A program made the translations under genes and the position numbers. From a virus: a DNA stretch of 64,000 nucleotides. Within the stretch, counting starts at the first letter, position 1; every line of letters begins with the position of its first letter. Shown one piece after another: positions 22,586-30,825 of the stretch. The notes beneath the pieces were generated by a model. That model saw only the letters and a program-made list of their open reading frames with translations. It was not told where the DNA came from and ran no database searches. The stretch is taken from the IMG/VR virus record IMGVR_UViG_3300045988_103986, positions 32,001 to 96,000 of that record; one strand, written 5' to 3'.

Positions 22586-24102
22586 CATACCTTTTTCACG
22601 TATGCTTTGTAGACATAGCCTTCCTTGCCGGACACGGTTCTGACGTAGTACCAGCTCTTCGTCTGATATCCGTACCATGTGACCGTTTCTCCGTATTTCA
22701 GGACAAATCGGACTTCACTGCTGGTAGATGCGGATGCACGAAGATTCAATTCACTGGCCGTGACCTTCATCTTTACGCCGTTCGCTGCGGATTTATCCGT
22801 CTCAATCCAGTTTTCCGACTTCACGGGCTTCGGCTGAACGGCATGATTGCCATATTGCCGTTTGCTAAGATAGTTGCCCTTACCGCTTTTTAGCCAGATC
22901 GCGACAAATCCACGAAGCTTGTTGGGGCGTGCCCACGCAGCAGTTGGTGTGACGTAGCTGCTGGAAGCTCCGCCGTCAAGGTTGATTGCGAATTCGTACT
23001 TCTCAGCGACGAACTTGTTTGCAACAACGTCCATCGGGACCTGTTTCTCTGTGACGATGATGCCGAGCACCTTACCCTTCAGCCCCATGGCCGTCCGGTA
23101 CTTGTTGCCTTCAAGGCCCTTGGGAACCGTGAATCCCTTCACACCGTTCTGGACTATAGCGGGGTAGCCCCCGACTGCATCGGGCGACGTGACGGCTCCA
23201 CGGGCCTCCTGAATGGGCATCTTATAGTCCTTGAAGCCGATGAACGGCTGCCACCCTTGATATTCCATTGTTCCCTTGTGCTTTACGCCGGATGCCGGCG
23301 TGTACTTGCCGTAGTTGAAGAGTTCCGCATTGATGACGATATCGGGGAATCTGTCATTCCATGTAGCGCGAATTGCAACACTGCCGGTTGTTTCCCCTCT
23401 CGCGTCTGCCATTTTGATATGCTCAATTCGGTCAATACGGGAAAACGGGATCTCGGCGAAGATGCCACCTTGGAACTCAGAATACTTCACTGTCGTTGGG
23501 GTTGAAGAAGTTGACGTAGTGGGCTTAGAATCTTCGCTGCCAAGCACGTCCCACTTGGGACGGCCAATTCCACCGATGGAGGCAGAATTTCTGTAGTACC
23601 ACTTTTTAAAAACGCCGCCGCCATTCGCAATCACAGTGTTGCTGCCGGAACTGGTGTTCCCCTCAATGGTATAGATCCGCGCATTATCGACCTTATACAC
23701 GATGCCAGTGTGCGTCATGCTTCCAGGCTTGCCAAAGAAGATCTGGTCGCCTTCCTGCACTTCTGCGACAGGAACGGCCTTCCCTGCGGCTTTGTAGTAG
23801 TTATACGATTCCGTACAGCCAGCACCATAGCCGCCCTTCGGTTGACAGGTTGCTTTCATGCCGAGTGCAAGACCGAATGCCTTGATAAAGCACCAGTCCA
23901 CAAACATATCACACCAAGGGAGTCCCTGCTTGGGGGCATGGTAGGTCCCCCATTTGGCATGGTCACGAGCGTACTTCGTGTAGTTGTTTCTGCCGGCATT
24001 CGCAGTCTTGCTGTCGAGCTCTGCGTTCGTCGCTTTTTCCAGATAACCCTCTTCAGTTGCCGCAATGTCGAGCAGCTTTTTCTTTGCTTCCTGAATGGTC
24101 AT
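22585..24102 (-). CDS. endolysin: CHAP-like amidase/peptidase + phosphodiester-glycosidase (NAGPA-like) domain + SH3
   Basis: N-terminus has LPWCDMFVDWCF...GDQIFFG..MTHTGIVY (Cys/His of CHAP). The middle has FAINLDGGASSS. The C-terminus VTASELNLRASAS...YGYQTKSWYYVRT.SGKEGYVYKAYV is SH3-like. RBS aaggagg precedes ATG 24102. Confidence 0.8.
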   Translation of the reverse strand: MTIQEAKKKLLDIAATEEGYLEKATNAELDSKTANAGRNNYTKYARDHAKWGTYHAPKQGLPWCDMFVDWCFIKAFGLALGMKATCQPKGGYGAGCTESYNYYKAAGKAVPVAEVQEGDQIFFGKPGSMTHTGIVYKVDNARIYTIEGNTSSGSNTVIANGGGVFKKWYYRNSASIGGIGRPKWDVLGSEDSKPTTSTSSTPTTVKYSEFQGGIFAEIPFSRIDRIEHIKMADARGETTGSVAIRATWNDRFPDIVINAELFNYGKYTPASGVKHKGTMEYQGWQPFIGFKDYKMPIQEARGAVTSPDAVGGYPAIVQNGVKGFTVPKGLEGNKYRTAMGLKGKVLGIIVTEKQVPMDVVANKFVAEKYEFAINLDGGASSSYVTPTAAWARPNKLRGFVAIWLKSGKGNYLSKRQYGNHAVQPKPVKSENWIETDKSAANGVKMKVTASELNLRASASTSSEVRFVLKYGETVTWYGYQTKSWYYVRTVSGKEGYVYKAYVKKV

Positions 24103-24133
24103 TTGATATTCCTCCTTTTGCGAGGCCAAAGCC

Positions 24134-24355
24134 CTATTCCTGACTACCGTTCGGTGTGCTGTTCTTATCTTCGCTCTTGGCGCTCTGATAGCCGAAGTAG
24201 AACGTCAGAACCATCACTATGATGGAATAAAAGTCCTTCGGTTCTACCTTGTCACGAAGTGCCATTGCAACAAACGCACCCGTGAGTACAATCGTTACGA
24301 GTGACTTGACCTTAAAAAGGTTCTCGATGATGACTTGCCACCAGCTGTTTTTCAT
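24134..24355 (-). CDS. holin-like small membrane protein
   Basis: 73 aa, two hydrophobic segments (SLVTIVLTGAFVAMAL, FYSIIVMVLTFYFGY) and a charged C-terminus. Immediately upstream of the lysin. Confidence 0.65.
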   Translation of the reverse strand: MKNSWWQVIIENLFKVKSLVTIVLTGAFVAMALRDKVEPKDFYSIIVMVLTFYFGYQSAKSEDKNSTPNGSQE

Positions 24356-24369
24356 AATAGTTTCCCTTC

Positions 24370-24636
24370 TCAGTCTTTAAGGACTGCTTCAATGATTCGT
24401 GCGGTTGCATCCAAGCCATGCTTTTCCGCCAGTTCCCGTACAAATATGAGTGCGTACTTGCTTCTATTTTCGTTCTTTGCTTTCCAGAAATAAAATCCGG
24501 TAGCTGCAGAAACCTCTACGATCCACCCGCAGAGTACCGTTGCAGCAGCTGCTTTATCGTCAGCAGCCAGGAAAATGACGATAAACACAACAAGCATCAG
24601 ATACGAGAAAATGAGAATGCGTTTGCTCCATTCCAT
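24370..24636 (-). CDS. membrane protein of the lysis cassette
   Basis: MEWSKRILIFSYLMLVVFIVIFLAA...LCGWIVEVSAATGFYFW. The start is chosen after the upstream stop; the track start 24660 overlaps. Confidence 0.55.
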   Translation of the reverse strand: MEWSKRILIFSYLMLVVFIVIFLAADDKAAAATVLCGWIVEVSAATGFYFWKAKNENRSKYALIFVRELAEKHGLDATARIIEAVLKD

Positions 24637-24641
24637 TCCTT

Positions 24642-24947
24642 TTAAGACACCACTTCCCATTCGTCCACTTCCTTCTTGATTTTTTCGATGAAAGAATTGC
24701 CCTTGAGTGCCTTGTATGCCTTGTACGAATATTCGAAATTTTCGGCTTCGTACTGGCGGATCTTTTGTGTGTCCTTATTCTTGTAATAGGTGTGCAGCAT
24801 GTCAGAACGAAGTTGACACTTCATTCCGGCCTTGATCGCGCTATCCCCCATGACCCACTCACGGATTGGCTTAACCAGAACCACCAGTACAGCGCCAATC
24901 GTAGTAATCCCACCAAAGATGGTCACGATATCTTTGAAAGTTTCCAT
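24642..24947 (-). CDS. membrane-anchored protein of the lysis cassette
   Basis: The N-terminal TM helix IVTIFGGITTIGAVLVVLV is followed by a charged soluble part. Confidence 0.55.
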   Translation of the reverse strand: METFKDIVTIFGGITTIGAVLVVLVKPIREWVMGDSAIKAGMKCQLRSDMLHTYYKNKDTQKIRQYEAENFEYSYKAYKALKGNSFIEKIKKEVDEWEVVS

Positions 24948-24974
24948 TGCTTTTCTCCAATCATTCGATATTGA

Positions 24975-25060
24975 CGAAGCAAAAGAGAGCCGCGAACGCA
25001 GCCATCTTTTGCTTCGCTCGCGGCCCTCTTCGGCCCTTCTGCGCCGCCCTTTCAGCGCAG
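24975..25060 (-). promoter_or_regulatory. module-leader element, copy 3 (small GC hairpin - GAAGAG - terminator-like hairpin + U tract)
   Basis: Minus strand: ctgcgctgaaagggcggcgcag...GAAGAG-ggccgcgagcg...cgttcgcggctctcttttgc. Same architecture as 43365-43444 and 63661-63738. Confidence 0.4.
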
Positions 25061-25201
25061 GACACTATGGTTTTTTATTTCACAGCGGGAGGTGGAATCC
25101 ACTTGCCGCAGAAGAAATGAATACAGGCACTGATTCCGTATGCTGTGTCGGTGAATGATCTGCACAGTTTTGCTCCATGGTTGTTGAGCACGGGACCAAT
25201 C

Positions 25202-25373
25202 TCACTCATCGTTTGCGCCCTTTCTGGCTTTTCGCCGTGTCACACGTTCAATCTGCCTGCTTGTCTTCTTGAACTGGGTTCCTTTGCAGACCCAGTACAA
25301 ATTCGTTTCCTCAATTACGTCGAAGGTCTCTCCGGATTTGAGTTTGAGAATGTATTGCGCAGTTTTCCTTTCA
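25202..25373 (-). pseudogene. small gene split by the TnpB element (remaining 5 nt ATGGC at 26695-26699)
   Basis: Deleting 25374-26694 joins RBS ggaaggggg-N7-ATGGC to TGAAAGGAAAACT..., giving an in-frame 58-aa ORF MAERKTAQYILKLKSGETFDVIEETNLYWVCKGTQFKKTSRQIERVTRRKARKGANDE. Confidence 0.55.
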
Positions 25374-25485
25374 TTGACACTCCCCACGGCTAAAGCCGGG
25401 GGATTCTCGTTTCTACGACCGCTGCCTGCACCTGCGAGGTCTACGCAATCTCCACGAGCGTTAATTCGGGCGTGTCCCGCCCTAT
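25374..25485 (-). ncRNA. omega-RNA (reRNA) scaffold of the second TnpB element
   Basis: It shares the conserved blocks with the 17356-17472 copy but has a different central segment (ttgcgtagacctcgcaggtgcaggcagcggtcgtagaaac). Confidence 0.5.
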
Positions 25486-25510
25486 TGTTGATTTCCATAA
25501 TGATTCCTTT

Positions 25511-26614
25511 CTACGCCATTAGGCGCATTCCTTCGTGCAAAATGTTCTTCGCGGCGTTGATGTCCCGATCATGACGCGTCCCACATTTGGGGCACGTCCA
25601 CTCCCGCACCGCCAGATTCTTTGTGCCGATGTTCCGATATCCGCAACAGGAGCATAGCTGGCTGGAAGGGAAGAAACGGTCTATCTGTATGACCTTTTTC
25701 CCATACCACGCGGCTTTGTATTCTAACTGCCGTCGGAACTCGCCCCATGATGCGTCGCTGATGGACTTCGCAAGGCGATGGTTCTTGACCATGTTCTGCG
25801 GTGCTAAGTCTTCGATGCAGACTACATCGTTCTCCCGGATGAGTTGCGTTGACAGTTTGTGCATCATGTCGCTGCGCTGGTTTGTGATATGCTCATGCAG
25901 CCGTGCCACCTGAAGCCTCGCTTTCTCGTGCCGGTTGCTCCCCTTTGGTTTTCGGGAGAGCAGCCGTTGTAGTCTGGCAAGTTTCTTCTGGCTCTTGGCT
26001 AAATAACGCGGGTTTGGATATTCCGTTCCATCTGACGTAATTGCGAATGCTTTCAGCCCCATATCAACGCCGATAACACAGCCTGTCTTTGGAAGCGGCT
26101 CAATCTCCACATCAGTGCAGCAGAGCGATACGAAGTATTTCCCGCTGGGATTCTGAGATATCGTGGCCGATAAAATGCGCCCTTTGACTTCCTTTGAAAC
26201 CCGACACTTGACATGTCCCAACTTTGGAAGCTGGACTGCATTTTCAAAAATCTTGATGTTGCAATTCGTCGTGTAACTCTGTCTATGGTCGCGCTTGCTT
26301 TTGAACTTTGGAAAACCGGGCTTCTCACCGTTCTTTACTCGGCGAAAAAAGTTCTTATATGCAGCGTCCAAGTATTTCAGCGCATTTTTTAAAGCGCACT
26401 TATCTGGTTCTTGTAGCCATTCGAGTTCCTTTTTTAGTGCAGTGAGTTCCTTGTCCTGCTGAAAACGTGTAGGAGATTTCCCAGTTTCTCTATACTGCGC
26501 GATACGCTCAGCGAGAAAGTAGTTATACACAAACCGGACACATCCGAAAGTGTGCTGTATTAAGTTTCTCTGAGCCGAATTTGGGTACAGCCTAAATTGA
26601 TAGGAATATTCCAT
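25511..26614 (-). CDS. tnpB: TnpB (IS605 OrfB-family RNA-guided endonuclease), second copy
   Basis: 367 aa. The N-half is diverged from the 16234-17346 copy; the C-half is nearly identical. [18 protein letters not shown] and CSCCG...CPKC are intact. Confidence 0.92.
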   Translation of the reverse strand: MEYSYQFRLYPNSAQRNLIQHTFGCVRFVYNYFLAERIAQYRETGKSPTRFQQDKELTALKKELEWLQEPDKCALKNALKYLDAAYKNFFRRVKNGEKPGFPKFKSKRDHRQSYTTNCNIKIFENAVQLPKLGHVKCRVSKEVKGRILSATISQNPSGKYFVSLCCTDVEIEPLPKTGCVIGVDMGLKAFAITSDGTEYPNPRYLAKSQKKLARLQRLLSRKPKGSNRHEKARLQVARLHEHITNQRSDMMHKLSTQLIRENDVVCIEDLAPQNMVKNHRLAKSISDASWGEFRRQLEYKAAWYGKKVIQIDRFFPSSQLCSCCGYRNIGTKNLAVREWTCPKCGTRHDRDINAAKNILHEGMRLMA

Positions 26615-26715
26615 ACTTTCACTGCTCCTCGCATTCAGTGGACTTGCAGCCCTTTACCCCATGTCTAAAGGCAGGGGCTTGCGGGCTCCTTTCAGCCATT
26701 TCAGCACCCCCTTCC

Positions 26716-28518
26716 TCACTTCGGCCAGCTCGTGATCGTCGCAATCGGGAAGTCAGCAACCGATACGGCGTTGATTGTCATTGTCCCGTTGCTGGTAAGT
26801 GGACGTGTGAATCCTTGAATCAGATGCCGTTCTACCGGTGAAGACGGTTTGTCCGTCCTAACGATTTCAACAAGACTGTTTTCAAATATATGCATCATCT
26901 GTATGCACTGAATTGATACTGCTTTCTGCAGAACTGTCGTTCTTTTCAGTTTCCACTCAGCGAGATCTCTGCACTGCGTCGTGGTATAGTATCCGGACGC
27001 AGTTTCCCGATAGGTTTTTCTACCTATGAGGTTGATGTTTGTATCGCTGCTCGGGTCAAGATTCTGCGCTCTTCCGGACGCCTGCGGATAGTTATCAGTC
27101 TGCTCGCCAAGGACGATATAGTCATTGAAAACCTCCGTGTTTTTGACCGTGTAAGTCGCACCAAGAAGCTGTGCCTCATCCATTGAGAACTGCCAGAGAA
27201 TCGGCTTGTCCGTATCAACGATGTCATCCTGCGACGGTTCCATTCTGAATGTTCCCGTTTGGTCGTACCCTACCCATGCGTTTACCATCTCCGCCATGCC
27301 GAGTGCAACATCCGCGATTGTTCCGTCGTCGCTGTCTACACGCAGCGTGTATGGCGAGTCTGTCAGCGCAGCTGTCGTGCCATCCGGAAGCGCCTGCGTC
27401 TTCCCATTGTAGTAGTTCGTGAAAACCGGCGTCACATGGTCAATGGGGTATCCGTTGCCCTTGTCGAGCTTCAGGAGCGCCGCCACGGGTTCAAAGATAT
27501 TCGTCCCTACCGGAACCTCATATGTTGCTTCAAGCCGCCCAAACAGGCTTCCATCAATGTATGCCCACTTGTCTACAAGCGGGTACGTCATGGTTCGAAG
27601 ATTTGGGTTCATCGTCTCCTGCGGCTCTTGGATGTAAAAGACGCCCTGCTGGATGTAGTATTCCGAACCATCCGAGAGAATGAGTCCTTCATCGATTGCC
27701 ACCTGCTGACCGAACCAGATATTGTTGACATTATAGTCATACTCGGCATCTACGTTCGAAAGCGTTATGCTCGCTGTCCTTCTCTGGCCGTTTTGCAGAT
27801 TGCAGGTGATGCTTCCCTCTTGAATAAACGTGCCATTTCTCCGTCCGAGCGGATTATTATCGAGCGCAAAGGCTGTACTTCCGTCCGGTTGCAGGAAACG
27901 AATCCGACAGAGCTTTGTAAATGGCGTGCGCAGCTGCGCAAGATAGTCTCTGACTCGTTCTGCGTGCTCGCCAGCATAAACATATCCGGGTGTCGGATCA
28001 GGCGTAGGAGGCTGCGGCGCATTCTTTTGCCAAACCGGATAAAACGTAGCAACTGAGTCTGTCATGTATGTGCCGCCAAGGTCATATGCTTTCTCCCCGC
28101 CGTCCGTTGTGGCCCAACCGACTTGGGTGTAGCCATCACGGCCGAAGATGGCTCCGGCAAGTGTAAGCGGTTCACCTTGGTTTTTGGTCACAGATTGCGC
28201 CGTTCCCGTGCCGTTCATTCCGGGGAGGTAGGTTATGACATACGTTGTGGCTATCGAGTAGCTTCCATCATCGTTCTTGATGACCTTTGTATCTGATTTA
28301 ACGACGAACGCAGGCCGGATGCCTTTGGATTCCGTCTGCGCGGCCCATCCGCCGCTACCGGCCGTATCCTGATACCAGACTGTCGTTGCTCCGGTATCGG
28401 GCTGCGTTCGTGTCCACCAGTTCGCCGCCGCCCCGTTCAGATAGGCAATGAGCGCTTCTTTGCTGCTGTTTTGTTCGAAATATTCAAGCTTTGCACCGTC
28501 GATTGCTTTTGCACACAT
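26716..28518 (-). CDS. tail/baseplate protein with N-terminal WWTRT...IRPAF module and a Listeria-Bacteroides (Flg_new-type) repeat
   Basis: 600 aa. ANWWTRTQPD...GIRPAFVVKSD; YVITYLPGMNGTG...GRDGYTQVGWATTDGGEKAYDLGGTY...FYPVWQ matches the Flg_new pattern. The remaining ~400 aa are tail-tip-like by position only. Confidence 0.6.
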   Translation of the reverse strand: MCAKAIDGAKLEYFEQNSSKEALIAYLNGAAANWWTRTQPDTGATTVWYQDTAGSGGWAAQTESKGIRPAFVVKSDTKVIKNDDGSYSIATTYVITYLPGMNGTGTAQSVTKNQGEPLTLAGAIFGRDGYTQVGWATTDGGEKAYDLGGTYMTDSVATFYPVWQKNAPQPPTPDPTPGYVYAGEHAERVRDYLAQLRTPFTKLCRIRFLQPDGSTAFALDNNPLGRRNGTFIQEGSITCNLQNGQRRTASITLSNVDAEYDYNVNNIWFGQQVAIDEGLILSDGSEYYIQQGVFYIQEPQETMNPNLRTMTYPLVDKWAYIDGSLFGRLEATYEVPVGTNIFEPVAALLKLDKGNGYPIDHVTPVFTNYYNGKTQALPDGTTAALTDSPYTLRVDSDDGTIADVALGMAEMVNAWVGYDQTGTFRMEPSQDDIVDTDKPILWQFSMDEAQLLGATYTVKNTEVFNDYIVLGEQTDNYPQASGRAQNLDPSSDTNINLIGRKTYRETASGYYTTTQCRDLAEWKLKRTTVLQKAVSIQCIQMMHIFENSLVEIVRTDKPSSPVERHLIQGFTRPLTSNGTMTINAVSVADFPIATITSWPK

Positions 28519-28534
28519 ATGGTATCACCACCTC

Positions 28535-29110
28535 CTAGAAACACCATGCCGCTGTGATGCCGTCCACCTCGGACGCGACGCTCCAGTCCGCTTCACCGCT
28601 CCATCCAGTTCTGTCAAAGCAGGTGGTGCTGTTGAGTCTCGGCGAGCGCAAATACCATGCGCGGTTTTTCTTCCGGTTCGCGGCCGTCTTGTAATACTCG
28701 TACTGCGTGCCCTCGCCTGGATAGGAGAATGTCCGTGTGCCCTGCACCTCGATCTCCGACAACAGGAACAGCGTGTCCTCCGTCGTGTCGATGGTCGAGC
28801 TGGCGCTGCCTGCCGAGGTTTTCTTCGTCACGGCTTTCATCGCAGCCACGACCTCTGCCGGCATCACCTGTCTCAGCTTCGGGAATGCATTGTACGTTCG
28901 CACCAGACAGTTCACCCAACCACAGCTATTGCTCTCTGCACCGTTCATCTTATACTGCGTCGCGTAGGTCGTGTGCATCTGGAATGTCAGCGGAGCCTTG
29001 CCCGAGCCGTCGGCATAATCGTCGTGGTTCTTGCCGATGATGTCGATTGCGTAGGTCGTGTTGTTGATCGTCATGTTGCAGCTGTCGCCGACGTTCCATG
29101 TGTCAGGAAC
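28535..29110 (-). repeat. 576-bp near-identical direct repeat, copy A
   Basis: Collinear with 49782-50357 with no indels and ~2% mismatches by eye. Identity stops abruptly after ...ccatgtgtcaggaac. Confidence 0.85.
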
Positions 29111-30808
29111 CGTTTTTGTCTGACAAGCAAGGATAATGTCTGCCCAGCTATTCTCTCCAAAGTTCTCGCTGAGTCCGTTCTGCAAGCCAAGTTCCAGCGC
29201 AGAGAGCAGGAAAACCTTTGATTCAACTCCGCTTGTCCCTGCTGAAACTGATGTTCCGCTCGCATATGGAATCTTGGCTGTTTGCAGAGCATTCCGAAGG
29301 TTCGCACTGAGAAGATTGTAGAAATCTCCGTTCAGATAAGAAGCAATCTGACTTCCAGAATAGATGCTTGTGCTGCCGCTTCCATTCCAGACCTGTTGAT
29401 TGTAGAGCTGCTTCAGCATCAGCCACGTTCCGTTGCAGCTGCTGTCATACAGGCTGCTTTGCTGCGGGACACCTTGGTTGACCACGATGAACTCAAACTC
29501 AGCTCCATCTATCGTGTCTTTGACGATGGTGCCGGCTGGAAGATTGTCAATCGTCGTTACGTCTGCAGCTTCCTTCTGCCAATACGGATAGAGCGTCACG
29601 CTGGCATCCTGCGTGTATTGGGCTCCAAGACTATAGGCTTTCGCTCCGCCGTCAGTCAGGCTCCACCCGGTCTGTACATAGCCATCACGCGTGAATGTAA
29701 CCCCACGAAGCGTGATAGCCGTCCCCTCCGTTTTTGTCTGCGTCTGCGTGCTGCCGACACCGTTTGCTCCGGGTGCATATGTAACGGTATAGGTGGCAAG
29801 TACAGTGGCCGTTGCTTTGGCTGTCAACGCCAAATTCGAGCTAATACCGGAAACCGTGTACCTTTGAGCGGAGGACACCTTCACGTCAGAGGCGTTGTAC
29901 CATCCATCAAACGTTACCTGATAGCCAGACTGTGAACTCAGCGTGCAGTCCACCCAGCAAGATGTTTGGGTGTTCCCGTTGTAATCGATAAACGGGATGC
30001 CCTGATACTGCCTGGATACGTTTGCAATGTAGTCCCCCGCTATCACGTCGACCGAATACTGATACCACTCGGCCGTCAGCTCAATATCTTCCGGCGTGGT
30101 GCCTAACGTCTGTCCTGGGCTAACAGACATTGTGTATCCGCTGGTAAGACCTACGGCGACCCAATTTGCGAAGGTATAGCCCGGCCGGCTCGGAATCGTT
30201 GTTGAGATTTGAACGTTTGTGTCTTCTCGCACGGTTTGCGAAGAAGGTGCGCCATATCCCCCGTTTGCGTTGTAGGAAATCGTGTGCGTCGGTACAGTGA
30301 TCTCCTGCCAGACGCAGTAGAATACGCGGTCTACATATACCGTTGTTGTCTGCCCCGGCTGCCATTGGGCTGAGGTTGCACTGGCTGTGCCAGCATATCC
30401 GGCGAAGGTTTTTCCGGGCGGAGCGGAGAACGGACAATCCGGGATGGTGATGGTGGTGCCAAACGGGAACGTATTGCTCACGGATTGGCCGGTCCCATCA
30501 TTGGCATAAATCGTGACTGTTTTATCCCCCTGCAATGTGGTAACAGGAGTTCCATTTCCTTCGATCTTCCCGCCATTTGCATCATAGAGCGTGCCAGTCA
30601 GATAATAACTCTTATTCGCTGTCAGTCCGGTAAACGTGACGGCATAATTATTCGACTTGTCAGAAGTCCTTTGACTTCTGGTCGATTCCCCGTCTGCATT
30701 CAGCACCCATTGCAGGTATGCAGCATCTGACGATGATCCGTCCGAAATGCTTTCGTAGTATTCCGCACTGATGGAGTTAGCAGTTGTTTCTAAGATTTTA
30801 ATGCCCAT
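28535..30808 (-). CDS. receptor-binding-type tail protein (Flg_new-type repeats + C-terminal AWYLRSP module)
   Basis: 757 aa with several ~70-aa repeats (TISYNANGGYGAPS...RPGYTFANW; YTVTYAPGANGVGS...RDGYVQTGWSLTDGG...LYPYWQ). The C-terminal 190 aa are almost identical to those of 49782-50699. Confidence 0.65.
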   Translation of the reverse strand: MGIKILETTANSISAEYYESISDGSSSDAAYLQWVLNADGESTRSQRTSDKSNNYAVTFTGLTANKSYYLTGTLYDANGGKIEGNGTPVTTLQGDKTVTIYANDGTGQSVSNTFPFGTTITIPDCPFSAPPGKTFAGYAGTASATSAQWQPGQTTTVYVDRVFYCVWQEITVPTHTISYNANGGYGAPSSQTVREDTNVQISTTIPSRPGYTFANWVAVGLTSGYTMSVSPGQTLGTTPEDIELTAEWYQYSVDVIAGDYIANVSRQYQGIPFIDYNGNTQTSCWVDCTLSSQSGYQVTFDGWYNASDVKVSSAQRYTVSGISSNLALTAKATATVLATYTVTYAPGANGVGSTQTQTKTEGTAITLRGVTFTRDGYVQTGWSLTDGGAKAYSLGAQYTQDASVTLYPYWQKEAADVTTIDNLPAGTIVKDTIDGAEFEFIVVNQGVPQQSSLYDSSCNGTWLMLKQLYNQQVWNGSGSTSIYSGSQIASYLNGDFYNLLSANLRNALQTAKIPYASGTSVSAGTSGVESKVFLLSALELGLQNGLSENFGENSWADIILACQTKTVPDTWNVGDSCNMTINNTTYAIDIIGKNHDDYADGSGKAPLTFQMHTTYATQYKMNGAESNSCGWVNCLVRTYNAFPKLRQVMPAEVVAAMKAVTKKTSAGSASSTIDTTEDTLFLLSEIEVQGTRTFSYPGEGTQYEYYKTAANRKKNRAWYLRSPRLNSTTCFDRTGWSGEADWSVASEVDGITAAWCF

Positions 30809-30825
30809 CTCAATTCACCCTCCCA

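Larger units (their letters stand above)
25374..26694 (-). mobile_element. second IS200/IS605-family element carrying tnpB only
   Basis: RE end ...ccgtggggagtgtcaa (rc of 25374-25395). LE tgaaaggagcccgcaagcccctgcctttagacatgggg (rc, ends at 26694). Both are homologous to the ends of 16152-17472. Confidence 0.8.

Noticed and set aside
25374-25498. N-terminal part of track ORF 25202-25498 (MEINNRAGHARINARGD...)
   Set aside because: This portion lies inside the right end/omega-RNA of the TnpB element. The genuine coding part is the 3' 172 nt, which reconnects in frame to an RBS/ATG on the other side of the element.
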